From assembly GCF_006345805.1 (NCBI RefSeq), contig NC_043001.1:84382001-84446000 (forward strand): a DNA stretch of 64,000 nucleotides, written 5' to 3'. A model generated the notes under the pieces. That model ran no database searches. It was not told the DNA's origin and worked only from the letters and a program-made list of their open reading frames with translations. Shown piece by piece: positions 1 to 14,647 of this stretch. Positions within the stretch are counted from its first letter, which is position 1. Every line of letters begins with the position of its first letter. Source of the stretch: Octopus sinensis. Taxonomy: Eukaryota. The position numbers and the translations under genes were made by a program.

Positions 1-95
1 TTGTGAGTTTTATGCGAGAAATTAATTGAAGCCATTGCAAGTACCAGTTGTTAGCTTTCGCGACATTAAAGAAAACCTCACTCGGTGTTACTTAC

Positions 96-232
96 CACTG
101 GGGATGAGTTTGTGGTCTCTGTAAACCAGGTCCTTCGACGGTCAAAATGCAGTTGGTCAAAGCAACCTTCAGAGGGTTGGTGAAGGATACCTCGACATCA
201 AATGGTCTCAGTTTCGAAACTTTTACAGGAGT
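96..232 (-). CDS. Transglutaminase exon, beta-barrel 2 (TPVKVSK...[23 protein letters not shown]...)
   Basis: ACAG| acceptor, |GTAAGT donor, 137 nt, phase 0-2; FTNPL...L..C...VEG.GL motif. The terminal exon lies outside the window. Confidence 0.94.
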
Positions 233-3200
233 CTGTAAGAGTATAAAAGATTTATAATAATTGGTGTGCAAGTGTGAAGGTAAAGCACCCACGAAAAATC
301 GGCATTGCTTCTAATTACAAGAATTCTTCGCGGGGTTTTTGAAGCATGACCAGTAAACAAGTGTCACCTTAGTCTGCTAGTTGTAGACAACTGATACTTT
401 CCATCATACCCAGCAAAATAAGCTGTGCGGTTTCATATAATAATAACAATAATAACAATAACAATAATAAGAAGAAGAAGAAAAAAAGGAAAAGAAGAAA
501 CAGAAAAAGAAGAAGAAAATGTTGACAGTACACGGAGTCTTCTGCCCTAAGAGTGACTTGTACAGAAGAAAGGGTAGGGGAGGTATGATCAGTTGCCAAG
601 ACTGTATGGAAGCAGAGAAAAACAGCTCAATGTGGTATATAAACAATACCGTGAAGCCATTGTTGAAACACGAAGAAGGCCGGCATCATCAAAACTGAAA
701 ATTGTTGTAATGAAAGAAAAATTTAAGTAAGAAATGAATGCAAAAAAGAAAAATGCATGGGAGGAAAAGAAACTGTACGGTCAGTTTGCAAGAGATGTGA
801 CCGCCAAGACAGATATAGAGAACCGGTGGCTATGGATGACGAGGTTTGACCTGAAGATAGACACAGAAGCATTCATATGCGCAGCTCAAGAACAAACGTT
901 AAGGGCCAACTATGCAAAGTGCAGAATAGACAACACTACTGACAGCGAAAAATGCAGAATGTGTGGTGAGAGGGGTGAAACGGTATGACACATCGTTAGC
1001 GAGTGCTCGAAATTGGCACAACGCAAATATAAAAGACGCCATGAATGTGTGGCAAGAATGAGCCATTGAGAGCTCTGTGGAAATCGCAGTCTCGTAAAGA
1101 GCAAGGGCATGGTACGAGAAAACCCCAGAAGAAGTAACCGAAAACGAGGAGTACAAAATCCTGTGGGATACAATGATCCAGTGCGATCACCTGATCAACA
1201 CTGGAAACAGGACATTGTTGTGGTGAGTAAAAAAGAACATGAATGATAATCGACATAGCATGCCCCCGATGACAACTGGATCAATGTGAAAGAAGAAGAA
1301 AAAAGAGGTACCACCCACTCTTGTTATTTTCGGTCCCCCATGATAATGATCAACTAAGTATCAAAGCTTATAATGTGCTGAAAGAGACCCTGTGAGACTC
1401 TGGCAGTAGGCTGTTGTCCGTTCTCACAGAATCTACCAGAACATACGAGACCGAGCGTTCTGAGAAGTAAAACTTCTGCTTTCTACTATGGGCACAAGGG
1501 CTGAAAATTTGGAGGTGGGGCTGGTCGTTTACATAGACCCTTCTATATGACTTTATCGATCCCCAAAATGACTGAACTGTTGTATCAGCCACTTCCTGGT
1601 AATAATATCTAAACTTTGCCCAGCGTGTTTGTTGAGGGCAATGCACTGAAAGCCATTGGTGTGTTTGAATATTTCGGTTCTACAGTAACAAGTGATGCTA
1701 AACGTGATAAGGAGATACAAGCTCCTTCTGGAATGTCAGTACAGCGTTTGGGAAAATTTATGATCGACTTTGAAATGTTCACAATGTCTCATTAAGGACA
1801 AAAGTTGTCATGTATCAGTGAGTTGTCCTAATACGACCTGGACACCTTATCATAGGCGACGCGTTGTGTTCTTGAGCAAAACACTTTCATTTCACGTTGC
1901 TCCAGTCCACTCAGCTGGCAAAAATGAATAACGCTGCGATGGACTGGCGTCCCCTCCAGCTGGGGAACACATACGCCATAGAAACCGGGAAACCGAGCCT
2001 ATGAGCCTGGCTAGGCTTTAAAGGGGCGCATTAATTTTTTTATATCAGTCAGCTCAACAACTTTCGTATGAGATGTCTTAGGCAAAAATGCAAAGATGAG
2101 TGGGATGAGTAAAAAAAAAAATACTGTCCTGGAAATCTGTGGAATATCCGTTATAGAAGCTTTCTTGATCAAGTTTCTGATGCGATGGTGTAGACGTATC
2201 CTTCGCATAAACAGTGGTCGAATGCCAAAACGAATCATTTATGGTAAATACCCGACACTTCCCCGGAATAATGGTAAATTAAAAGATAATTTGAAACGCC
2301 TGAGTATTACGAAAGAAAACTTTGAGAATCTTGCGAGAAACCGTGCAGAATGGACGAAAGAGTGCTTTTCCTAGCCTCAAAATTTCAGAACTCAAACGGT
2401 ACTTCATCAAAGGCTCTTAGGGGAAAATAGGAAAAGAAGCCACTAGAACAGTCTTCCTGCAAACCACCATTGCCTACATTGCTATTTCTCAGATCACGTG
2501 CCAGTTATATAAATCATGTTCATGCTCGTATCCATATTGCTTTTGATGGCATGAGGACTCACATGTGGAGTCACCAGGTGAAGTGAATGAATTGTAAACA
2601 TTGGAGAATAATAGTAATGGTAATGAGAGTGTGTTGTTGATTGTCTATTTGGTTGGACTATTTTTTTCTGTCTTCTCGCTGAACACAATACGTTGTCTTC
2701 GACGGGAGAGTCCGTCGTGTGTGTGTGTGTGTGTGTGTGTTGTGTGTGTGTGTGTGTGTGTGTGTTTGCATGTGTGTGTGTGTATCTGTGTTAGAGTCAA
2801 GTGTTCTCTCTATAGAATACACTTTGAAGTGCTCAAGAGATTTGAACTTGAGCTGGTAGATGAATAAATGAGAAGCAAGTTAGGCAAGTCAATTTACACA
2901 CAATATTAAATACAATAAATAGAGAAAATGGACATGTGTATAGATATAAAATAGTTCGACTTACAGAATAGGAATGATAACAGGAGTTAAATGGGTAGAG
3001 TTTTACGAGTTCAACAGCTGTTTGGGGGGCTTCGTGGTCCATCTTTAAACTCCAAGTTATCAACACTTCAAATGTAAAATCCTCCCCTGAAGACGGAGAC
3101 GATGTTACCCTATCATAGATTCAAGTAACTGTCATTATTTCGAACCACCAAGACCCCAGAAACAACTGTTGGAGTCTTAAAACTCTACCCATTAACTCCT

Positions 3201-3601
3201 GATATCACTTACCATATTTACCATAATCTGTAAGTCGGAGTATCTTATATCCATACACATGTACATTTTTTCTTTGTATTTAATATTCTGTGTAAATGGA
3301 CTTGCTTAACTTGCTTCTTATTACATTTTCTTATATGTAAATAATATATATACATATTTTACATATATATATATGTGTGTGTGTGTGTATGAGATATATA
3401 TATATATATATATATATAGGGAGAGTTTACGAAAAAACAAAAGACAAAGACAGGTGGTGTACAAAACAAACAAATGTATTAGTATAACGCTCAGGAATAG
3501 AAAAAGTCTTTTACGTTTCGAGCCTACGCTCTTCTACGGAAAGGGACACAGAAAAAACAAGGAGAGAAAAAAATGTGTGTAGTGGCTAACGATCTATCAT
3601 G

Positions 3602-3637
<36 letters not shown>

Positions 3638-4326
3638 TAGGTATGTTAATGCAATAGATAGTTATTGTTATCCATTTCCAGCTTACCTTAAGAGTAACGT
3701 CCGGTTTTCGCAACCTGAAGTCTTCTTCCAAGACACAATACTGCATAGTCTCACTCACGAAAGTTACGGCAGTCAAATGGATACCACAGTGATCAACCAT
3801 AGTTTTGTAGTAATCATTAAATGTAAGCAGTAATTCAGCAACTCCATCTGCAAAAGACGACAAGAATCAGTATTCTGTTGACTATTTTCAGGTTAACGCT
3901 CAGTCACCATTTCATGCAGATTTATAGAGATGGGATGGCTGCAACCGAAATGCAGTTCATCGTTGTGCTGTTCGATCGAGTGTGATCCAAGTGATATAAG
4001 AAAGAAGTATTGTAAACACTTACTTGATTTAGGCTGAACAGTGCAGTTGATTTTGGATTTGTTTATGTCCTTTGCTTTGACACCAGTATAGAAGACAGAA
4101 ACGGCGGAAATGCTGCCACCAACATGTCGAACTTCATTTGAAGTGTTTTCCATCTTCAGCTTGACAAGGACATCAGAACCGAACATGGCATCAAAATCGA
4201 CGTCTATTTCGAATTTCATGTCCTGTGTGTCAAACAGTACGTATATATATATATAAATATATATAATGGTAAGATATACATACGTATATATATTTTTGTA
4301 TGTATATAAATATACACTCATATATG

Positions 4327-4373
<47 letters not shown>

Positions 4374-4383
4374 GTGTGTGTGT

Positions 4384-4434
<51 letters not shown>

Positions 4435-7400
4435 TGTGTGTGTTGGTGTGTGTGTGGTGTGTGTGTGTGTGGTGTGTGTGTGTGTGTGCGGTAATTATGT
4501 ATATGTAAATACGTATATATAAATATATACATACATGCACGCACACACGTGTATATAATGACACGAATACCGTAATATATATGTACGAGGGGTACTTGAA
4601 AATTCCTGGTTTCGGGAAAAGAAAATACAGGAGGATAAGATAATTATGGCTTTATTCAACGTGTTCCCCTCTCAGATTTACACACATATTGCAGTGATTC
4701 TTCAGTTTTTCTGAGCCCTGTAAAAGAACTCGGAAGGCCGACCTCCAGCCAGGCGTTTCCAGAGATCCTTATAGCCAGGACTTTTCAGCACCCCTTCGTA
4801 ATGAGATGTCCCAAACAACCTTAATCTTTTTGCTACTTCAAACTTAATCTATGCCTCAACACTTCAATGATTACTGCCTCATTGCAACCACCTAACACAT
4901 TCACATATCATGCAGATCACATTGCTGTCGCATATGTTGACGATGATCTTTTTGTCCCTCATTCCTCAACTTTGGCGTGCCCCGAACTTGACTTTTGTCT
5001 CCGCCTCTCATTCTTTAATACTTCGATACTCTTTTTTTCTACTCTTCTTTACTTGTTTCAGTCATTTGACTGTGGCCATGCTGGAGCACCGCTTTCAGTA
5101 GAGCAAATCGAACCCAGGACTTATTCTTTGGAAGCCTAGTACTTATTCTATCGATCTCTCTTGCCGAACCGCTAAGTTACGGGGACGTAAACACACCAGC
5201 CCCGGTTGTCAAGCGATGCTGGGGGGACAAACACAGACACACAAACATATACACACACATACATATAAACATATATACGACGGGCTTCTTTCAGTTTCCA
5301 TCTACCAAATCCACTCACAAGGCTTTCGTCGGCCCGAGGCTATAGAAGACATTAGCCCAATGTGCCATGCATTGGGAATGGACCCGGGACCATGTGGTTC
5401 GTAAGCAAGCTACTTACTACACAGCAACACCTATGATTTGTTTGCTGTCACATCCAACAACACCCTTTCGTATGCATATGACACTATTCTTAATTCTTCC
5501 CTTATATTTCCTAGCTATGATCCTCAGGTGGACAGTTATTGCCTTTGTATTCCAACTAGGGTTTATATACATTGGTGTGAATTCATTCTGGTTTGAATGT
5601 TTTTAAGGCAACTTTTAAAACATTACTTTATTAAGATAGTGTTAATGTTCGCAGTTACATTGCATATCACTTTCATCATTGTCCTATCAATTTTTATTAT
5701 TCTACTCAGTGGCTGTCTTGTCTCTGCAAGTGAATTTCCTCATGATATCCTGTTTTCCAAATCTTTCTCTGTTTGTAGTTCCTGTTGAATTTGTAGAGCT
5801 TCATAATTGCAAGAAGCAGATCCAGTTTGACTCTATATGTAGAACATAACTAATAAAGAAGTTTTCTGTATGAGATATAGTCGAGCTTACAGTAACATCT
5901 TTGCTCGCAATCTTATATTTTTTCTGTCATGTTTAATTGTAACAGCCCTATGTCGATGTTTATCAGTAATATCCATGTAACAAATTTGGGAATCACAATC
6001 ACACCATACAGTTTGAGCTTCAAAGAAAGCTAATGAAAAGTGAGTTCTTAACGGTATTCTGCATTATCTTTCAAGTTGATGTTACGCCTCATACCCTTTA
6101 AATGTTTCCTGGCATAATAACGTAATACCAGATTGTCTGTTGACAATCAAGACTTCCGATGAATAAAAACTAACAGTTATCAAAATTCTTAGAACTGTCT
6201 ATTATGACTAAGTGAACAAGAAGTTTTAAAAATTAAGTTGTTTTGCTCGTAAATGAAACAAAGCTGATATGGAGTAGCTGATCCCTGGACTCGTACATAT
6301 ATCTATATTATATGATAGCATATTTACTCAGCAGGTTTGACTTTATGTTACTTAATGTTATTTGTACAGTGGCTTCATATATTATACAGTAGCTTGATAT
6401 GTTGGTCTAAGCTATGCTTGTTGCTTAGTTTGAATCTGTGAATCTGTGATTATCATTGTCTAATTGCTTACCTGAGGACCCTGTTTGTAGGCATCCGTAC
6501 GTATAGCTGCAGTATTGACAGCGCGTAATACCGCTGCACGTTCGGCTGCAGAACCTGGATGTTGAAATAAATTAAAACTTTTAAGAGTTTGCTTGATAGT
6601 TCGTGTTTACAATCATGCAGTAGGCAACATAAAGCAGTAATCAGGTAATGATGTTATGTAGTGTCTTAATATGAATCACATGTAGAGAAGTCTTATAAAA
6701 ATACAGAATGTTATAAGATATTTTCGCTCTTGAATAAGTTACAAATCATCGACAAACCTCTGCGCTAAAGAGAAACAGAATAATCAGCATTCGGACATAC
6801 ATTTTAAAATCTTCTTTGACCTGAAAGTTAATGATTATCATTAAATGTGCTTTCTACCAGTGTGGGTGCTAAGGTAGAGAAATTATCTCATCGATTTAAC
6901 AAAATGCGTAAACACAAATGCGTAAACAGGATGCAACATTTGAGGTAGAATATAAATACACTTGAAACAAGAAATCCGACACACTATGGCTTATAGGAAT
7001 TTCAGTAAAATACCTGTTCTTACAGTAACATGCATTGTTAAAAGTTAGTAGCAATGCGATGTAAAGGCTGTACAAATCAATGAACCGTGATGTGTGCTAC
7101 TAGGTGCAGGTAGCATTAGTAAGGTACACTAAAGGGACCCGTGGAAATTCCACCGAACGAAAACTTTTTAAGAGGAGTTATTCAAGAAAGGAAGGACAAT
7201 TTGCATTTTTATTGCATACAAACCTTATTGTTGCTTTGCAATAAATGATACAAAAGTATACAATAACAATCTATACAATACTTAATACACATCTCATTCC
7301 TTAATATTTAATTCTATTAAAACTGCAATATCAATATAAAATTGCATATTCCTTATTACACAATATTTTATCATTGTTAATTGCATTATATACAATTAAT

Positions 7401-7557
7401 GACAAAAAGCGATGTAGAGAGTATACACTATCATTTTATTTATACGATTAGATTCAGCTGCATTGCAATTAACAAAAAAATAACATCCACAGCTATATTA
7501 AGATAGGAGGCTGAATATGTGTAACAAACGTACACAAAATAAAATTACGCATACATG

Positions 7558-7595
<38 letters not shown>

Positions 7596-8065
7596 AATAT
7601 TTAAATAGGTGAACGAATTATCCTATGTTTATCGTCAGTATGGAAAATTTGTTTAACCGAAACCTGGGTAGCAAATTCACGTCAGAAACACGGTTGAAGC
7701 GACCTGTCCAAGGGTAGAAACTCCGGGTTCATGTGCAGAAATTTGTGTGTTGTATATGAATAAATGAAAGAACGGAGTCGAACGAAGATGTTAACAAAAT
7801 TCCTTTACTCTCGACATATGTTTCGAAGACAACATGTTTTCATTCCAAAGGAATAAAGGGTGCATTATGCAATCTTCTCACCAGGAAAGAAAGGGAGCCT
7901 CTCTTGACAACAAGACAAACAAAAATTTCGATGACTGCCTACATGGTAAACAAAACAAAACATGGTTTTTTTAAAAAACACTCATTATCGTTTTGTTTAC
8001 CATGTAGGCACTCATCGAAATTTTTGTTTGTCTTGTTGTCGAGAGAGGCTCCATTCTTTCATTTA

Positions 8066-8114
<49 letters not shown>

Positions 8115-9258
8115 GTATATATACGTTTGTGTACACATGTATACATAATTTTATTTTATGTACGTTCGTTACACATACTCAGCCTCCTATCTTTTTTCTT
8201 TTCCTTCCTTACGGAAAGTATTATTTCTCCCCCTATTCGTTACTTGTATAGAGTCCTTTAACTTTGCGCGCCTCCCCGCTTTCTCTCACTCACCTCTTTC
8301 TCTCGCTAACTGTTACATATAAGATCCTTCCTTTTCGTTTTTCTTTCCCCCTCTCTGCGTTTAAAAATTTACTTCTCGTCTATATGTATACACCAAGTGA
8401 TTTTTTGCGTGCATATGTATACATATGTATGTGTGTATTTGCGTGTATATTTACGTCTTACATATATATGTCTGCATATGTATGTAGTCTGTGTATATCC
8501 ATCTGTGTATTTTGATGTATATATATATATTGATGGTTTAGTATGCGTATATATTGTTGTAAAATATTTATTAATGCAGCGGGAAAATTTTAATTTCAAT
8601 TTTTAATGTATTAATTGCATTAATCGAATTATATTTCCTATATAATTATTTGCAATACGTATTTTGAATTCGCTTTTCGATTTAAGGGTTTTCCTCGATT
8701 TTTATAATAGGATGAATTTAAATTGAATCTATTTATTTTGTTTATTTTGTTCATTGCACGCTTAAGACCGTTAATTGAAAGGACCAATGAAACAAATCCA
8801 TTTTTAAAGGTGTATCCTTTAACTAGTTTTGACCATATCGTTATTTCTGTCCTATTTTAACAAAACTGCCCGACGAACGGGAACGTGAAACTAAGTAACA
8901 GCTTTTGGCATATTTCTGCTGCTTCTAAAATAAAGCATATTACTCTACCTCTGGTATTTGAGTACTCTTTTTTTTATAGTTAGTTTCACATTTATGTGCT
9001 TCCTCTAGTGTATCCTGACAAACTACTTATTTGCTGATGACAGGAAATAGTGTATCCTGACAAACTACTTTATTTGCTGATCCAGGAAATAGATGGTAAA
9101 TGTTATTTTTCATTCCCTTTCGAAATTACACCTAACAGTGGTTTGGATTTTAACTACTACTTCTAGCGGGTTAGATGTCGTATTATGGCCATCTCTTATG
9201 TGTTTAAATGCACACTGCATATATATATATATATGTGTGTATGTGTGTGTGTGTGTGT

Positions 9259-9302
<44 letters not shown>

Positions 9303-10103
9303 ATAATTGAAGATTTGGAATCAACAAAAAGAAGTACGGTTGGATATTTTTGCCCCGGCAGGGAAACAGTTTTACGATCTAAGCCTGGAGAACTACATCG
9401 CGTAGAAACAATTGTAGTAATCGACCATAAATGTCAAACGTACCCCTATTGTTGACTATTTTTTTCATTTTATATATATATATATAATATATATATATCT
9501 ATATATATATATATATTATATGTATATACATACATGTATATATACATACATACACATACAATACATACATGTATATATAATGTGGGGCCTGTACAGCCAA
9601 AACAGACGCTGCATCACCATCAGAAGGTTTCACGATTTCTTTGGGCGCATATCCATGGTCTCTCGAGAGCGACGGATGCCTACTATATACATATATATGT
9701 ATATATACATACATGTATATATACATACATACACATACATATACATACATGTATATATAATGTGGGCCTGTACAGCCAAAACAGACGCTGCATCACCATC
9801 AGAAGGTTTCACGATTTCTTTGGGCGCATATCCATGGTCTCTCGAGAGCGACGGATGCCTACTATATACATATATATGTATGTATATATAATATATATGT
9901 ATACATATATATATGTATGTATATATACATATATGTATGTAGGTATGTGTATATACATGTATGTATGTATATATACATGTATGTATGTATGCGTATATAC
10001 ATGTATGTATGTATGTATATATACATGTATGTATGCATGTATATATACATGTATGTATGCATGTATGCATGCATGCATGTATGTATGTATGCATGCATGC
10101 ATG

Positions 10104-10137
<34 letters not shown>

Positions 10138-13100
10138 GGCATGTATATATATATATATAATATATATATGATGTATAGTTGACGTAATCATATTGATTGT
10201 AGTAATGAGCTGTATGGTTAGTAAGCCTGTAGCTATCAGTTGTGGTATAACCCATTCTGTATTTCAGCTTGAATGCCAGAACTGAAGAAGATTAAGCATT
10301 CTTACCTTCTGCACATTTATATTCACAAGTGACGTCATTCCTATCGTTCTTCAGCACAGCCTTGGTACTGATGTTTTTACCAATTCTGGGTAGATAAAAA
10401 AAAGAAATATAGAAAGAAAGAGAAACAGATGCCATCTCCAGTTTGTTGCAGTTAGAGAATTTTTTGAGCATCATCATCATAGTAATAATCTTACGATCAT
10501 CGCCACCACCACCCGTCTCCCATGATTATCTTCACCACCATCAGAATCCTCCCCCACCACCACCATTACCATCCCCACCACTACTACGACCACAGCAACC
10601 ACGACCACAGCAACCACGACCACAGCAACCACGACCACAGCAACCACGATCACAGCAACCACGATCACAGCAACCACTACCATCATCCTCCTCATCATCA
10701 ATTACATCATTAACATCACTATCACCACCACCTGGTCTTCACTCTCATCAACGGCATTACTACCCTAACTCAACCACCACCATCATCCTCACCCCCGTTC
10801 TCATCATCATCAGCATCTTCATCATCATCATCATCATCATCGTCCTAATTATCATCATCACCACCGCCACTACATTCGGGGAGAGAAATCTAGAGTGAGT
10901 CGCGGTTTAGGTTCAACGTAAATTTGACCGCAATATTTCATTGTTTGCCGTTGAATTACTGAAACATTGGTTTATTTTGATTACATAATAAGGTGGGTGT
11001 AGGCCAAGAGAAGGATTAATGGTATATTGGATCATCCGAGGCTATTTACTGGACTTAATGCCAGCAATGAATTCGCAACAGATACTCAAAATACATTCAA
11101 ATACTTCGAAGATTATTCACTGCAGTATAGATGGGGTGGTGGGGAACAAGCATAATTGTTTGAGCGTTGGCCAAAGCATCATCTAACGTTTATTCCAGAT
11201 CGCTGTTTTAAGTTTTTCCTCTGTCAAGGGTCGATGAAAAAAAGTATCAGTCTAATGTTGAACTGGAGTTATTCGCAGAGCATCGGTAAAAACGTCATGC
11301 AGCATTTATTCTAAATCCTAGCGTTCTGAGTTCAAATATGCAGAAATCAAATTTGTCTTTCATCCCCATACGAGTCATTAAATATAGTATAAGTATAAAT
11401 GGTAGACAAGGAAAATAGTTTGAGTGTCGGACAGACGAGATGTTCAGTTGTTTGCGTTCTGAGTTCAATTCCTGCAGAGCTCTACTTGCTTGGTAGGTAT
11501 AATTTGCCACCACTTTTAATACTACTATCTAATACTTTTGGGTGCCTTTTGGGAAGGAGTCTGTTGAAAATATTCAGTTCTAGACTCCAGTTTGAGGACA
11601 CTTCTCTCTCATCTACCAATCTAAGAAGCCCCGAAATTACCTACTGGTATTGCCCTTCCCTTCTGGATAAGCAATTAAAATAATTAAGGGCTTTATTTGG
11701 AAACAGTGCTAAGAATGAAGATATATATTTTGTAGATAAGGAGAAGTATGATTTTGTGGTGATCATAGTACCGGTCCCAAGATCGTTTGAAACTCAACTA
11801 CACTAGCTTAGTCAAAGCAGAAATTGGAACCGAGTCGTGGAATTCATTTGCTGAGACGATATTACATCAACGAATACAAATTTGCGTGCTTGAGACTAAG
11901 CTAAATTTTTTGTTGCTGAGTAGATGGATGGTCAAGTATACTGCAGTCATGATCAACCTGTCTTCTATTTAGGTATAAGTGTATCTAGAGCTAAATAATG
12001 TGAGATTCTCTTTTTATGAGGGCTGTGTAGAAGATAACTGTTTTTCTTTCTGATCCGTTCTAATCTTAACAAATGAAGCAAAGATGTTGCTTCTCATTCG
12101 ATCTATTTTATGAAGTTCTGTGGTCATTGTGATTAATCTGTCTAGAAGGATTAAGCTCAAAATCAATTACATTGTGATGGACTCTACCGTCGAAGATGAT
12201 GTATTAGTGTTCAGTGTTTACTGAACGACCTGCACAAATGATTTGTTTATAGCGATCAGATGTTCTGTACATCAGCTCACTTTCTCCATCAAACTGGCGC
12301 TGCCTGTTCAGGTGCACAAATGTTCTACATATCAGATATCAATAATGATCGCAGAGCAGCGTGAAATGACATTTTTGCTCAAGAACACAACGCACCGCTT
12401 GGTCCAGGAATCGAAATCATGACCTAGCGATTGTGATTATAACACCCAGACCATTCGGCCAAACACAAAGTGTCAAACATTTAGGCCGAAACACAAATCT
12501 GGTTATTTCTGTCTTTCGTAGAAGAAATGAGTACTTTATTTAAGCTGTCTCAGCAAAGTACAGGCACTTTATCGAATCTTGTAATCTTAAATAATTCAAA
12601 TTTCCTCAAGTGAGAAAGAAACAGAGTTCAAACGTACAATAAATGTTACCATGCGAAATTTGTACAAGTACTGCTATATGCATTTTATACTGTTTAATCA
12701 AAATTAGGATCGTATAGGCACATAGAAATATAATTGTGAAAACTTCATGCAGTCGATGCATCAAACCCCCAGAAAAGAGTCAGACGTCAACTACCTGTAG
12801 GAATTTGGTATTTGAGTACGGATGTTTACAGATTAAGTATCATAATTACTTTTAGCTTAGCACTTTTAGCTTAGCACTTTTAAGTTTGTGCTATTCTGCC
12901 GTGTAGCGAGATAAATATTTCTTATTGAAACTCAAACTTCTGAGTTACTGAAAGCTATCAAGGCGAGAAATGTGCAAATCTTATTTATACTCATGTGTAA
13001 GTATTTAAGTCGAATTTCTACAAAATAGGTAAAAAAATCGCCCAAGAAAGTTTACCTCAAACTCTCTGGTACTATATTGAATTCAGTCTTATCAAGAATA

Positions 13101-14525
13101 AAATGCATCCGCAAGGCTAGGGCAAGATAACAGACGAAATGTAAACTGATGTTTAAATACAATAATAATGGCAAAAGAAATAGGAATACTTACTCGCCAC
13201 TCTGTATATAACTCTTGTAATTTCCGTCCGGCATTAAGATCCAGCTAATCTTATCTGCGTTCACTTCGGCGAAGATGAATGGAGCATCGTACAAAGCAGT
13301 TGTATCTCCAGTCTTAATTGCTTTCACTGGACATGGACCGCAACAGTAAATTCCTGTAATTACAACATGGGTATGTTATACATGCAGGCATAGAAAGAAT
13401 TTTAAAAAGGAGGAAGAGGTTTAAGAGCAGTAGAGACAACATTTGAATGCCATAGGGCATCTCTCAGACCAAATCTGTTAAACAACTACAGCGAATATAA
13501 ATACGACAATCAATTGCTCAAAAGTGAAGAGAATAATATCCTACGAGTTGATAATGAATCGATGAAACAGTACTCACTTCACGGTGAGCACCTATATGAA
13601 CTCAGAGTTTCAGGGCTAGAGTACTTCAAAAAACATTTCGAACCCTGATATATCAGTACAAGTTGTAAATTTGCTGGCGTGCAAAAAGCTTGATCTAGCC
13701 GAAATTTATTTTTATACGTAGCAAAGAGTAACATCGTACCAATCATGAGCATATATCGAATATGGTGTTTTCCTGATGACCGAAGATAAAATGCTGAAGA
13801 AATGGGCTTTAGAAACGGATGCATAATAAAGCCTACTTGTTAATTAATAGAAATTTGTAATTGAGTATGAATGAATTGATGACTGGGTAATGAATTTATT
13901 GTGCTGAATCACCAATACAAGTTACTATACAAAAGGAAACAACAAAATTATTATAGCAACGCTAAGGAACTTGTTAACAGTGACATCATGCACAATGGCA
14001 ATACCAACAAAAATGCAAAATGATGAACAAGCTTCTACTTATTAAATATAGCAACCAAAACTCAAATTACTCCTCAGCTCTCTCTTAGAAAAAACTGCAT
14101 TGGATAATGTAGGTATACTTGGGGGTTTCTGCACATAGGAAATAGGTGAGATGATCATCTGAGTGGAATGCATTTGATTACAGATCTACTTGATCAGAGN
14201 NNNNNNNNNNNNNNNNNNNNNNNNNNNNNNNNNNNNNNNNNNNNNNNNNNNNNNNNNNNNNNNNNNNNNNNNNNNNNNNNNNNNNNNNNNNNNNNNNNNA
14301 TTTATGTATTTTTATTTCTACTTTCATTCTCCTATTTCCCTCTATACTCCTGTTTTCCAACTTTTTCCAAAACAACTCCTTATATTCAACTCTAATATTT
14401 CCCTCTAGCCGTCTCACAATATCTCTGATGAAGGGATATCCGAGAAACAGCTGTAAGACAAACCTTCTCTTTATAAATGACCTAAAAATTCCACACAGCC
14501 TTGACTTTGTTGTCTCATGTTATTT

Positions 14526-14575
<50 letters not shown>

Positions 14576-14604
14576 AATACACACACACACAGATACACAC
14601 ACAT

Positions 14605-14647
<43 letters not shown>

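Noticed and set aside
3893-4564. 223-aa ORF as a single gene
   Set aside because: Only 4024-4222 is exon; the rest is (CA)n/(TA)n intron read-through.
9005-9092. CTGATGA within a 43-bp tandem duplication as a hammerhead
   Set aside because: The hairpin is not followed by GAAA and no stem I is evident.
10443-10898. Pro/Gln-rich 151-aa ORF (possible transglutaminase substrate-like repeat)
   Set aside because: It derives from a 15-bp minisatellite and (CAT)/(CAC) tracts, starts at TTG, and has no splice or codon evidence.
13571-13824. Donor-like GTGAGT and 81-aa ORF in the interval lacking catalytic exons
   Set aside because: No transglutaminase similarity was apparent.
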